Part shown: one piece after another, positions 40,311 through 53,800 of the stretch
Position numbering within the stretch: the stretch's first letter is position 1
How the letters are laid out: every line of letters begins with the position of its first letter
Assembly (NCBI RefSeq): GCF_001194135.2
Contig: NC_068994.1
Coordinates: forward strand, 23,109,625 to 23,173,624
Reading direction: 5' to 3'
From: Octopus bimaculoides
Lineage: Eukaryota
Length of the DNA stretch: 64,000 nt
The notes under the pieces: model-generated
The model's input: the letters and a program-made list of their open reading frames with translations, nothing else
Database searches by the model: none
Told to the model about the DNA's origin: nothing
Translations under genes and position numbers: made by a program

Positions 40311-41324
40311 TATATCTAGAAGACAAATAAAAAGTACTCGTATGCACATGCATGCATAAACATACACACACAGACACAGATAAAGACACATTGATATAAA
40401 CAGTGGAAGCAGAATTTCTTGCAAGAATGAAAAAATAATTATTAATCCTTATTTGTTGATATAAGAATTATTCTTTTATTGTGCCCAGAAAGCTGTATAA
40501 TATTAATCCAGTATGGTTACTTTTGAGTTATCTTCACTCCTTATCAAAACCTTGTTCTGAACTCCATTTGTATTTCTTTGAACATTTCATTGTTTTTTTA
40601 ATGCTTGATGCCATCTGGAAGTGAAATTTTATTTGACTAACAAAGGTCAGTAATAATTTTTCATGATATTGCCCTTGTAAATACATACCACTCTTACATA
40701 CTGGCATGTCTGCTACCTTCTGTAAAAGTTTCAACTGGCACACTCTGCAATGTCTGTTATTTATTGTAATGCTGCCATCATCAAATAGTCTTACCTGGTA
40801 TCTACTCTAAAGCCACCACTGTCACATTCCATCATGACTATTATCTGTTCTAAAGCTTAATTCTCTCACTGTCATGTCTGCTATTTGTTCTAAAGCTAAC
40901 ACCAGCCACAACCAGCCACCACCAGCTGCCACTGCTCTGTTATGTCCTGTCTGGCATCTGCTGATTATCAGATGAAAGCATGATTTCTCTCTTGTATCTG
41001 TAATTTCATGGAGTTCCTCTTGTATTACTTTGTAGTATTTTTGAAAAACATGACATAAATTTGAGACTAGCCATTTGGGTTCCTCATTTTAGGACACATT
41101 TCCCTGTGAATAAGTAAATTTATAGACAACAATTTTTTTTCTTTTTCAGAAAGATCTAGTCATAGCAGCTGGCATTACACATGATGTTGGTGTTTGTTCT
41201 CTTCTAGATTGGATACGTAATGAATTATGGTGTTTTATTTTCAGAGTTGACTGTATGTGTGTATTTGTTTATTTAGTGGCACTTAGAAAGGTTCTACCTT
41301 GTTTTTAATTTCTATAGTCATCAT

Positions 41325-41578
41325 CATCATCATCATCATCGTTTAACGTCCACTTTCCATGCTTTGGACGATTTGACTGAGGACTGGTGAAACCGGATGG
41401 CAACACCAGGCTCCAATTTAATTTGGCAGAGTTTCTACAGCTGGATGCCCTTCCTAACGCCAACCACTCAGAGAGTGTAGTGGGTGCTTTTACGTGTCAC
41501 CCGCACGAGGGCCAGTCAGGCGGTACTGGCAACGGCCATGCTCAAAATGGTGTCTTTTATGTGCCACCCGCACAAGAC
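41325..41578 (-). mobile_element. SINE-like family C copy
   Basis: Aligns to 59625-59912. Confidence 0.88.
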
Positions 41579-42399
41579 TAAATTTAATTTATGATTAGGG
41601 TTGATGTAATTTACTACTAGTTAGTATAACTGCTGTCATTAAAATTTATTCATCAGGTTGTGATGCCTGTTTAGTTTCCATAGTAAACTAAATCAGTTAG
41701 TTAATTCAGTCTCAGTTTCTATTTTTCTTCACCCACTGGTGTAGATCTTTGTATAATTATTTAGGGATTCTCACAAGGTTAGTAAGTACAGTGAAGTCTC
41801 TTTCAGTGAAGAGGTCTAATAAGACCAAAACATGTCTAGCTCGATCTCTTTGTATTTGTAGAAATAATGGAAATAATATTGGTATCAAATTTTGGCACAA
41901 GGCCAGCAAATAATAGGAATAATATCAATCTTGAATTAATATTGTTTTACTTCACTTTGAAGTCTGTTCATTTACTATTTCTAATAGAATTGGTGATGGT
42001 GGTATTATTTTTAGCATAATCATTGTTAATTAAATTATATTTAACATGTGTTACTTCTTTCTTTTATGATGCAATGTGAGAAAATATTGTATGTAGTCTT
42101 CTCAGTCAAGATTTATTGACAGATATCTTATTTTCATAATGATATTTGCTCTGTGATTTAAATATGAGCTACTACTGGAGCATTTGTGCTTAAAACTCAT
42201 GCATGTCTGTATGCACACATACAAATATTTGAAGATTGTGAATATTATATTCTGCCAGCAGCTGATACCATGGAGATATTAACAATAATCTAGTGTAGCT
42301 TGTGGACAATTACAAACAACAACAATAATATATGACTTGTCAAATTATAGGAAGTGAATTACAAATTATAAGAAGTAGATTACTTTATGAACTTCTTAA

Positions 42400-42444
42400 A
42401 ATGGGTTAATCTTCTAATGGGTTAATCTTCTAATGGGTTAATCT
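42400..42444. repeat. 16-bp tandem repeat aatgggttaatcttct, ~2.8 copies
   Basis: Directly visible. Confidence 0.9.
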
Positions 42445-43090
42445 GGCATTTTCAAATTTTGGATTGAATATTTTCTGCAAAATGAGCCTTTTTAGACATG
42501 TTTCAGTAGGTTTCTTTGATGACAAATAACATTCCAAATTCTTACTGTGTTCAGTTTGTCTCACCCTTAAAACTGTCTTTGTATAATCTCAAGATTACTT
42601 TACAACATAAACATTTGGGTTATTGGATTTGAAAGGGATATTGCGTTGCTTAAAAATGACCACTGATTTTGTTGATAAATTGCAGCTTATTGATTAATTC
42701 TCTACAGCTCCACATTGATTTATGCAATCTTTGAACAGTATGTATTGATATATTTGTTTGAATATACCTAGGAATTGATTTAGAGTGGACAACAAAGACA
42801 TTTCACCCTTCTGCCTAGTATTCATGCAATTTATGGCTGTGCTAAAATATTTGCATGCACACAGGTTAAGAGAAAGGATGAATTTCTTATTTATGTATGT
42901 ATGCATTTAGCTAGAGTCAGAAAGTTCATAGAGTTGTTGCTTCTATTGAAAAACAAGAAACTTCTCTTTTAGGGCAAAAGTTGAGTAATGAGAGTGATAT
43001 TGCACAGCAGTGAGGTATGGATATTAAATGTTAAATTAATCTATCTTACAACAGCTTTGAAAAACGGTAAAAATGAAGAAATGATGAACG

Positions 43091-43150
<60 letters not shown>

Positions 43151-44009
43151 GTTCTTTAATCCTGCACTGATATATATCCTTGGAAGCTTATTTTGTACTC
43201 CAGTCTTGCAACACACATTATCCACACTCACACCCCCTTATTCTCTTCACTGTTTTATCAACTACACACCTGACCTCTAGAACACATTTGAAAATATAAT
43301 CTTAATCTATTACTGTCTGGGAATTTTGTTTTTCATCTGTAACAGTATATTGATTTCTAATTTTGGTACAGGGTCAGCAATTTTTGGGGAGGAGTTAGCT
43401 GATTATATTGACCCCAGTGCTCAACAGGTAGTTACTTTATTGACCTTGAAAGGACGAAAGGTAAAGCCAACCTTGGCTGAATTTGAACTCAGAATATAAA
43501 GATGGATGAAAAGCCACTGAGTCTGCCACCCAGCATGCTAATGATTCTGCTAGTTCACTGCCTTCATCTGTAATAGTGTATTAATTTATAAAATGAGAAT
43601 ATCAGAGAAAAAGGTGTAGTTAACAATCTAGATCTAGAAGATATTCATCATATCATCATTGTTTAGCATCCACTTTTCTCATGCTTGCATGGGTTGTATG
43701 GAATTTGTGGAGGCAGGTTTTCTATGGCCAGATGTCCTTCATGTTTACAGACTTTTCTTTCTTCTCTAGTCATACCAGCTGATAAGAGTCGGTTTCCTGG
43801 TTTCCACAGTGTATATTTATTCCTCACCTGAACAGGATACCAGTCCATTGCAGGATTACTCATTTTTGTCAGCTGAGTTGACTGGAACAATGTGAAATGA
43901 AATGTTTTGCTCAAGAACACAATGTGTCACCTGGTCCAGGAATTGAAACCACAATCTTACAATCATGGGTCCAACACTCTAACCACTAAGCCACGTGCCT
44001 CCACTCATG

Positions 44010-44500
44010 TTTTTAGTGGTTTGGACTGAAAGAAAGGCTGTGCTCATAGCCTTCATGGACCCAATAAGACTGGTGAGATTGACATGGCTCTAGCTCTTTG
44101 ATAGCTTCAAGTTGACAAGTTAGAAGTAAAACATGGGCAAAGAAGGATTTCAAAAGTTGAACATTCTGCAGAAGAAGGACTGGACACAGTAGTTAGTGCA
44201 GGGCCTATCAAGAGGAGCACAATGTAAATGACAAGAGTGCAAGAACTGAGTGAGTTGGTTAGATCACACTAGAGATGGTACAAGATCAAGCTTCTCTGAG
44301 GAACAGAGGTGACTGTTGTGGTAGTAGAAATGAAGGTAGAGTCAGAAAATAGTTTGTCTGTTAAAGTGACAAACCTAATGCTAATTAGTTGAGTACTCAC
44401 TCTTATTTTGAATGTGGTCCTGGATAATACCATGTGTTGCAGTACTCCACCATCCACAAATGGAGCAGTATTCCACAGTGAGGCTTTCCTTTTACCACAT
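44010..44500 (-). mobile_element. Possible very old CR1-like endonuclease remnant
   Basis: Weak APLD/SDH-like and GPDG-like traces; higher GC than the flanks. Confidence 0.3.
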
Positions 44501-44612
44501 TGGTAAAATATTAATATCTCCTCAATTTTTATGGGGAACATTCTGTGTTATCTTCTATGGTTAGTAGAACTCACAGGACAAGTCTGGGAAAATTTGTTGG
44601 ATGCAAGCGTAG

Positions 44613-44686
<74 letters not shown>

Positions 44687-44737
44687 NNNNNNNNNNNNNN
44701 NNNNNNNNNNNNNNNNNNNNNNNNNNNNNNNNNNNNN

Positions 44738-44786
<49 letters not shown>

Positions 44787-46453
44787 AACTTAGACATGCA
44801 CACATACAAACAGGCACAGCACAAGAGCAGCTTTAGTATATGATATATATTGTTGTTATATTATTATTATTGTTGTTGTTATATTAAAGAGCAGCAGTCT
44901 TTTAAAAAAGAAGATATCACCTTCATCATTGATACTATCACTACTTTTACTATTATCAATAATAATAAGCAACAACATCAAAGAGAGCAAAAATAAGAAA
45001 TATAAGTGTGTATAAGAAATAGCATCAACTAGTTAAATATTTGAGATGTCTAATTATATTTGAAGAAGTTTCATTTGGTATGGCTCACAGATTAAGCAGA
45101 GGGGAAAAGAAATGAATGAAATGAGTTAAAAAAGGAAAGAAGACTAAAAGTTTTCAAAGACATGAACTGAAGAAATGAAGGTCAACAGTTGTGTGAGGTT
45201 TCTCATTGATTTAAAAATTTAAAGACAGATTCGAATCTGTTGAAGGTCTTCATGCTGGTATACATGGAGAGTCAAGAATAAATTGAGGGAGAGGAGAAGG
45301 ACAGGAAGGCAAGAGAAGAGAGAAGGAATGAGTAAGGCAGACAAATGGAAAGAAAAAGATATCAAGGTTTGTTAGAAGAAAATGGGGTGAAATAGAGAGA
45401 TAAAGAATATACTTGGGAGAAAACAAGAGGAGAGATTTTTGTATGTTGAGATCTCAATTTTTGTATGTTGACATCTCAATTTCAACTGGTTACTGACCAT
45501 TGCTCCCAGTTGAATGTGAGATATTGTGCGTTCATGCTTTCAGCTTGATCTGCTTCATAACTTCTACCATTTCAGGTCTAAACCAAGATTGTACATAGTA
45601 CTGTCATTGTATGGAAGGTCTAGTGGGAACTTAAAAGCAGAATGAGTAGTCCTGCCACATGTGAGTGAAGATTCAACAATTCCAGGTGCAGCCACCACAA
45701 TAGCATTCTGCTTGAGTGAAGAAAGTTTTTGTCCAAATTTGGTTGATTAAAATGTTTTAACTCTTCCACTAGAAGCATCAAGGAAAACTATTCCTACTGA
45801 GTCAGATGTCACTAGTTGTTTTATCTTTCTATAAGCTTAATTTTTTAATCTGAAAGTAAAGGTAATACATTTTGGTGGACATATTGCTCCAGTTTTTGAA
45901 TGTCATAACTGGTTGTCTAAAGAATCTCTTAATTGAGAATTGAAACTGCAGTTTGTACTGGAACTGAAATCACATTGCAAAGAGGGAAAAGAACTGCATT
46001 AGTTATATTTGCAAGAAAGACATGAATTGGATTATTCTGAGTAACATTTCAATGAAGTTTACTGTTATATCTCCTTCTCCCTTTCTTACTTTCTTCTCTC
46101 ACTCTTGTGTACACTATTAATGAAGTGTAAACAATAACGATTTCATTATATACCTTCTGTAGCTTTTCTTCTCATGTAGTGTTAACGATTTAATTTAATG
46201 GAATGCTGAGTTTTATAGACTCTAAATTCTTGACCACTTTGTACTGATGAGATCCAACTAAATCAAAATAGCAACCTCACATGATCGTTCAGAACTCTAT
46301 GATTAATAGAAAATTTAAAAGATAAAAATTCCATTAAATAAATGAATAATGTACCTTACTCCTTTTCATTTCATTAACAAAAACAAGAAATATAATATGG
46401 ATTACTAGCAAGATGATTGTCTCCTTTACTATAAATAACCAATCAACTGAGTG

Positions 46454-46495
<42 letters not shown>

Positions 46496-48879
46496 NNNNN
46501 NNNNNNNNNNNNNNNNNNNNNNNNNNNNNNNNNNNNNNNNNNNNNNNNNNNNNNNNNNNNNNNNNNNNNNNNNNNNNNNNNNNNNNNNNNNNNNNNNNNN
46601 NNNNNNNNNNNNNNNNNNNNNNNNNNNNNNNNNNNNNNNNNNNNNNNNNNNNNNNNNNNNNNNNNNNNNNNNNNNNNNNNNNNNNNNNNNNNNNNNNNNN
46701 NNNNNNNNNNNNNNNNNNNNNNNNNNNNNNNNNNNNNNNNNNNNNNNNNNNNNNNNNNNNNNNNNNNNNNNNNNNNNNNNNNNNNNNNNNNNNNNNNNNN
46801 NNNNNNNNNNNNNNNNNNNNNNNNNNNNNNNNNNNNNNNNNNNNNNNNNNNNACACACACACACACACACACACACACATTATGAGTGCTGATTGAGAAA
46901 GTTTGTGAGAGGAAGGGAGAAAGAGAAAGAAGTTAAGGATTGATGGAGAAAAGAAAACAGTTTGACATGACAAACTGATAGAGTTTCCGTACCTCACCTT
47001 AACACTCCTACACATCTACTGTTCTGTTACAACTTTCAATCTTTTTACAAATCGTTTCTTGAACCATCCTTGTTTTACTTGCAGAGGAGCTCAGATCCAA
47101 GACTTGTGTCCATACATTATTCTGGGTTGCAAAATTTGATGAGTTTCATTGATAAATGGTGACATTGTTTCAAAACTAATATACAAATGTTATAGATTTT
47201 CTCTGCTTTCCTGTGCTGTTTTCATATTGGTAATTTTTATTCCACATAAACCATCTTTTCTTGGTCCTTTTCTACCAAGAAAGTTTCTCTGTAATATGTT
47301 CTCTCAAAACAAATTCTCTGAGCTCAAATTGCTTTTTGCAGGGTTTTTACTGTATTTTATCTTCTCTTATTTCCCTTCAATCAACTTGGAACTCTCCCCA
47401 CAGAAAATTCATTATTTGATTTCATTTCTGGTTGCATGGACATAATGAATGTAATAAAGAACCATTGCAAGGTTTATTGCATTGTGTATCCTTATAGGAA
47501 TGTTTCATATGAACCAGTCTATTCAGAATGCAGATGTAAAATTTTAATACATTCGTACTTATTTAAGCTGAATAGAACTCTGTATTATAAATTAAATTGA
47601 GACATTTCCACACGAAAAAACAAACAAACTCACAAATACTTGTGAAATGAGTCAATAAAAACATATTTGATAAATAAAATGGTAAACAAGCAATGACTAC
47701 AGGTTGTGCTGTGACACTATGAATACAAGCGTGTGATTGGATGAAGTGAGTGATGTCAATGGTATGTTATAAAAAGCAACTTTATGCCTGAAATATCATT
47801 CATGTTAAAATTAATGAGATTTTTTTCCCTCACATCAATTTCTAATGATATTAAAAATATCTATCTGTTTATTTATCCATCTCTGGTTATAAAAGTAGGA
47901 TGGTATATCTAGAGAGAACATGATAATTATCCAACTCTTACTGCTTTTACAAAGGAATACAATATATATATATATATATATATATAACAAACACAAGCAC
48001 ATGCATGAATCGCTTAATAAACAATGCACACATACATATATATATAACATATGCTCATACATAATATAAATAAAACAGTGAGATAGACAACCACAATTCA
48101 GCATTTAAGTTTGGTAGTTTATAGCTATTTATAGTGTGTAAAACTCAGACACAACTTAATTGGTTCATCTAATCTGAATAACAGTGCATTCCCTGAAAAC
48201 ATGGTTAATTAATTCATAAGGAACTACACAGTATTTTTGGATAATTTGAAATTCTATGTAAAGTATATCTTCTTTTGGTAAACATGCAATTTTGATGTTT
48301 TTCTGCAAGGTAAATCAAGTGGCTGGTGCCACAGAAAAAGCACCCAGCACAGTCTGTAAAGTGGTTGGCATTAGGAAGGGCATTGGCCCAAGGAAACCAT
48401 TCCAAACAGACAGATGGGGCCTGGGCAGCTCTCCAGCTGGGCAGCTCCTGTCAAACTGTCCAACTCATGCCAGCATGGAAAACAAACATTACATGCTGCT
48501 GCTGCTCATGTTGATGATGAGGAGTGAATTTGGCTAGTTTCTAGTCTTCATAAACCGTTATCAGAAAACAATAGCCATCTTCTTTCACTTTAGCTGAGTT
48601 TATTTGTATATACAATAAATAAATTTCAACTGTTAACCTCATTGTAAATAGAAGGAGAGTATTCTTTCACTAGTGAATGTCAAATGAAACTAAAAACTAC
48701 ATTATGTCACCATATCTGCCGATGAAAAAGTAAAACACCTGGGGTTATAACAATTTTCTTTACTTTTCACAGTTTGCATGCTTATATAAAAAAAAGTATT
48801 CCTTACAGTACATTTCAAATTAAAACAAAGTCCCTGTATAGTGCATTTCCAATTCACACACACACACACACACACACAT

Positions 48880-49024
48880 TCTTTTATTTGTTTCAGTCTT
48901 TTGACTGCAGCCATGCTGGACACTGCCTTTAGTCAAACAAATTAACCCCAGGACTTATTCTTTGTAAGCCTAGTACTTATTCTATTGGTCTCTTTTGCCG
49001 AACTGCTAAGTTACGGGTATGTAG

Positions 49025-49059
<35 letters not shown>

Positions 49060-49295
49060 NNNNNNNNNNNNNNNNNNNNNNNNNNNNNNNNNNNNNNNNN
49101 NNNNNNNNNNNNNNATATATGTATATACATATATACATATATATGGGGTTTTTTCAGTTTCCGTCTACCAAATCTACTCACAAGGCTTTGGTTGGCCCGA
49201 AGCTATAGTAGAAGACACTTGCCCAAGGTGCCATGCAGTGGGACTGAACCTGAAACCATGTGGTTGGTAAGGAAGCTACTTACCACATAGACACT
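48880..49295 (-). mobile_element. SINE family A copy (reverse)
   Basis: Reverse complement of 57275-57680, with a central gap. Confidence 0.88.
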
Positions 49296-49409
49296 CTCTC
49301 CCATTGGAGATGATGGCATACGAGTGTTGAGCTTTTGCTGAATGACCTGCACAAATGATTTGCTTATAGTGATCAAATGTTCATGCCACATATTAGCTCA
49401 CTCTCTCCA

Positions 49410-51545
49410 TCAAATTGTCATTGTCTGTTATAGTACTTCTCCTGCATGTCTCACTGTGAAATTCATATCCATTGTTCATCTTCTAGATTGGAAACCACAT
49501 TGAGATTCAGATAGGACATCATTTACAAGACACCTATTCAGGTGAGTAAGGAGAATACTTTCCAGAACTTTGCCAGCAGCTTATAGTAGAGAAATACCTC
49601 TGTAGTTTCCACACTCTACTCTGGTTTCCTTTCTTTTATAGAGAGGAAGAATAATTGCATCCTTCCAGTCTTTAGGCATTGCCTCATACTTCCAGATTAC
49701 ACCATCTCACCAGATTAATAAGTTCATGAAAGGACTGTGTGATGTAATCACCACCAAATCGCAGGACCTTAGCACAAATACTATCCTTTCTAGGTACCTT
49801 ACCAAGATTCAGTTTACTTATTGCTGTCATTACCTCATTTATTGAGGGCATAGAATTTAAGGAGCTAATGTCAAATTTCTGTTGTATAGTGTCAATCACT
49901 GCTTTGTCCACATGGTTTAAGAGTTTAGAAAAATGTTCAATCCAGCGATCCATGATCTCTGTTGATTTAGTAAACAGAGTAGAAGATTCCTTGGAAAGCA
50001 AAGGAGCTAATGCAGAGCTCTTACACCCATAAACTTGCTTCATAAGACGGTAAAGCTTCTTGCTGTCATTTGCATCAGCAGCAGCCTGAACATCATGAGC
50101 AAGGTCCTCCCACCCGGTGTTCTGTATCTTCCTGAGAGATCGCTACAGTAGTGACTTTACACTACTGTAGTGGGCAAGTGCTAGATTTCACTGCACAACT
50201 GAAAGTCCTTTGTGCAATAATATACTGTGGTCATGGTGTTTTACGATCAGCAGTCACTGAACTTCAGCATCATTTTGATCAAGCCAGTCTCTGTGTCAGG
50301 GAGTAGCATATCCCAGTGTTTCAGCAGCACATTGAAAAACTTGGGTCTCGAAAATCTTTCCATACTATAGTATTTTCAATGCTGGATAAATGATTCTGAA
50401 GCTCTTTCATTACCACAACATTATATATCTTATGGACATTCAGACACCAATGAATGCCAACTGGCTCTTTACTTTCTTTCATTCTGATCATCATCCAGAA
50501 CTTTGCTCGCACCAGGTTGTAGTCCATCAAGCACTCTGAACCATGAAAGGACTTCACAATACAAATGTCATAGATGTCACGCTTGCGAGGGTGCATCCAT
50601 GCTGTTGTGTAATCACCTCTGTGCATAAAATGAATACTTGCAATATAAAGTCCGTATTCCTCGCAAAGCTCCAGAAGCATGAGACCATTGCTATTCATTT
50701 TCCCTATACTAAAAACGTCCAAGAGAGTTCCACATCTGCCAATCTGTTCCAACCCTGGTATTGAAATCCCCCAGTAGAATGACTTTATCAGAATTAGGGA
50801 TTTTCCTAAATATGGCTCTCATCTGGGTATAGAAAATAGTTTTATCTTCATCATAACTAGTCAAAATAGGTGCATAGGCACTAATTAAAGTTGTAAACCA
50901 CCTCTCAAGTGCAAACGTACAGTCATTAGACAATCCTTTATAGGAACAGGAAGTTCTTCCAACTTCTTAAGGATTTCAGATCGAATTGCAAAGCCAACAC
51001 CAGCCTCTCTGCACTCCTCCTTTGGTTTCTCCTTCCCCAAAATGGTGTATCCACCTCCTACCTCCTCAAGCTGACCATCACCTTCTATACGTGTCTCTGA
51101 AAGTGCAGCTATATCAGTGTGATAATGGTTCAGCTCACAAGCAACAGGCGCAGTGTGTCTTTCAGGCCTACAGTCACTCTTGTTATCCAACAGAGTGTGT
51201 ACATTCCAGCATGAAATATTCCAGTTCCAGCCAGATTTTATAAGTATTCTCTTTGCTTTTCAAGCAGAGGATGGACATCCATCAGTCGTGTTAAACTAAC
51301 CAGATAGAGAAAGACAGACAGTTTATGGTTCACCTTTTCTAGGACCTCCCCGGCTTCTGGGTGAGCAGGCCTCTGTCCAAATGGAGCTACTCAGACGCCC
51401 ATGCAGCAACTGAATCCCATCGCTGTCTTGGGTGGCAAGGAGATGACTTTATATCTAACATGGGCTGCCTACATGCAGGTTGCTGACTACATGCTTCCAA
51501 CCCATCAGGTCTGCATGTTTCACCACCTTCCCATCGCCACAGGAC
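49410..51545 (-). mobile_element. RTE (BovB-like) LINE: 5' UTR, APE endonuclease, start of RT; 3'-truncated
   Basis: DIAALSETR, EAGVGFAI, ISAYAP, ILLGDFNTRVG, NSNGLMLL, WMHPR, RWIEHF, DWKDAII, NYRGISLL, ESQCGF. Confidence 0.95.
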
Positions 51546-51619
51546 TTCAGAATAAAAATATATATAAATACATATTTAAAAAAAAAAAGAGAGAAGCAAT
51601 GCTCATGTAAAGGAAAAGT

Positions 51620-52157
51620 CATCAATGCCTGTGCAAAGTTTTAGGTCCAAGAAGGCTTGCACGACACCTCATAGACCCTCTCCTCTCTATTGAAATGTTC
51701 CAGAGAAAAGCTGAGGCAAGATCTCTGCTGCCAATATGAGTTGCAGGTTCAGGGATGTGGGACAGCCATGATCTCAAGCATAAGCAAAAGATCTCTAAAA
51801 TGTTCAACGCCATTCCCTGCATATCTGGCTTTATATCAGAGTAGCCTTCTCCTAGAGATATACTTCAACAAGAGCTAAGGGGTACCTCACTCCCAGTAGT
51901 CTTACAGTATGCTAGACACCATCCTGGAATTTCTGTGTGCCTGTGCTATTGCTAGATAGTCGTTGAACCTGCATCAGGTTCAACCGGCCTTTTGACAGGT
52001 TTTGTTTTCAGTCTTGCAGGGTTTCTAGCAACACTCTTCACCAGGCTAGCCTGGTAGGGGTGCCAGTTTAGTTGCCGACAACCTGACCATGCTGTAGGGT
52101 TGTATTGGGTTCCATGTTATCAGTAGCACTCATGAGAGCCTCACAAGTGACCTGGCA
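51620..52157 (-). mobile_element. 5' end/UTR of a second RTE-like LINE family
   Basis: GC-richer, structured, non-coding segment that I recall as an RTE 5' UTR type; cut upstream by (TACA)n. Needs a repeat-library match. Confidence 0.5.
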
Positions 52158-52161
52158 TACA

Positions 52162-52192
<31 letters not shown>

Positions 52193-52199
52193 CAAATAG

Positions 52200-52340
52200 A
52201 GTGGGTATGCAACAATCAATTAATTGGACCATGTACACTGCATGTCAGATGGTAGAATCCCAAAGGACTTACAGTATGGTAAACTGGCAAGAGAACACAG
52301 AGGCAACCCCATCAAGACCAAAACAAGATTTTACAGACTC
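52200..52340 (+). mobile_element. RTE LINE C-terminal fragment
   Basis: DHVHCMSDGRIPKDLQYGKL matches the GHVxRMxDxRIPKxxxYGEL motif. Confidence 0.8.
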
Positions 52341-52539
52341 TGGCTCCGTGTGTGTAAGTATGTGTTTATTTATTCATGTATGTATGTATGTATGTATGTA
52401 CGTGTATATGTATTTGTGTGTATATGTATTTGTGTGTATATGTATGTGTGTGTGTGTGCATGTGCATGTATATAGGTATTTATTTACGTATGTATGTATA
52501 CATACGCACATATATACGTATAATATCTATATCTATATC

Positions 52540-52625
<86 letters not shown>

Positions 52626-53309
52626 GTACATAATACATGTATATACATACATATTATCTATATATGATTTACATAATATATATAATATATAATATGAATA
52701 TATAGATATATGTCATTTGTCTGTCTGTCTATCTTTCTATTTATCTGTGTGTGTTTGTGTGTGTGAAATGAGTTTGCCTAGCATCTGCTTTAGTAACAAA
52801 CACTACTTTTGTAGCCATGACAACAACAGACTACGTCAGAGAGGGGAAAAACTTGGTGTCGTCTGCTTCAAATCAACTCAATGATTCTGAAGAAAAAAAA
52901 TCAACTACAACAACTATGAAGACGATGCCGACGCTGATGACGCCGCTGCCGCTGCCACCGCCGCCGCCACCGCCACCACCACCACCACCACTACCACCAC
53001 CACCACCACCAACCACAACAACGAGAACAAGAACAACAACAGCAAGGAAACTTTGTTTACTTCTATAATCAGCAGTGAGTGGATTACACAGTCACTCTGC
53101 CACAAGGAAAATATGTAAAAAAATATAAATATGATACTATGCACCTGGGATTGATGAAACTTCCAATCATAGTACATACTACTCAAGAAAAAAAAAAAAA
53201 AGAGAAAACCTTGTTTATACATGTATGAGCAGAAAGGACAAAAATGATCTACTGTATTCCAGTCTAGTTAGTATAAGCGAAAGGAAGTATGATTTTCTTA
53301 TATCAAAAA

Positions 53310-53800
53310 TGTAAGTCAGTGGTCCTAAATGTGAAGTTAATGGCTGATACCATTTGTAGATGTTTATGCCCCAACTGGAGTGGCAGGACTGGATTTCTGT
53401 GCCTGTTTAGAGACATTCCTAGGAAAATTCCACTTACTAGGGTTAGGGATTGTAAGTGATTAGAATAACATTTTTGGTACACGCAACAATCATGTGGGTG
53501 TAGCTGATTGGGGTGCAAAATCCTCACAAAACTTCTCAGATTCTTCGACTTTTCTGACAGGTTTTATGCTGATTTCTTCAAATGAATGAATATGGGCTTG
53601 GTCTAATTACAAGGTAATCCAGGCCTTTATATAGAATTTTTGTAATGTTAGCAGATAGTAGTCCAGAGTTCTTTTGATAGTTGACTACATGAACCAGCAA
53701 CTTGTGATCTGTAACTTAGAAAAAACCAATAGAGGAGAGCCAATTACTGAAAGCTGAATGCATCCTTTCTGACACAAGAAGATTCCAGAGGCTTGATTGA
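53310..53800 (+). mobile_element. L1/Tx1-clade endonuclease remnant
   Basis: DVYAPTGVAGLDF..LETFLG, SD*N (GDWN), WAWSN, Y*KLNASFL (YWKLN). Confidence 0.65.
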
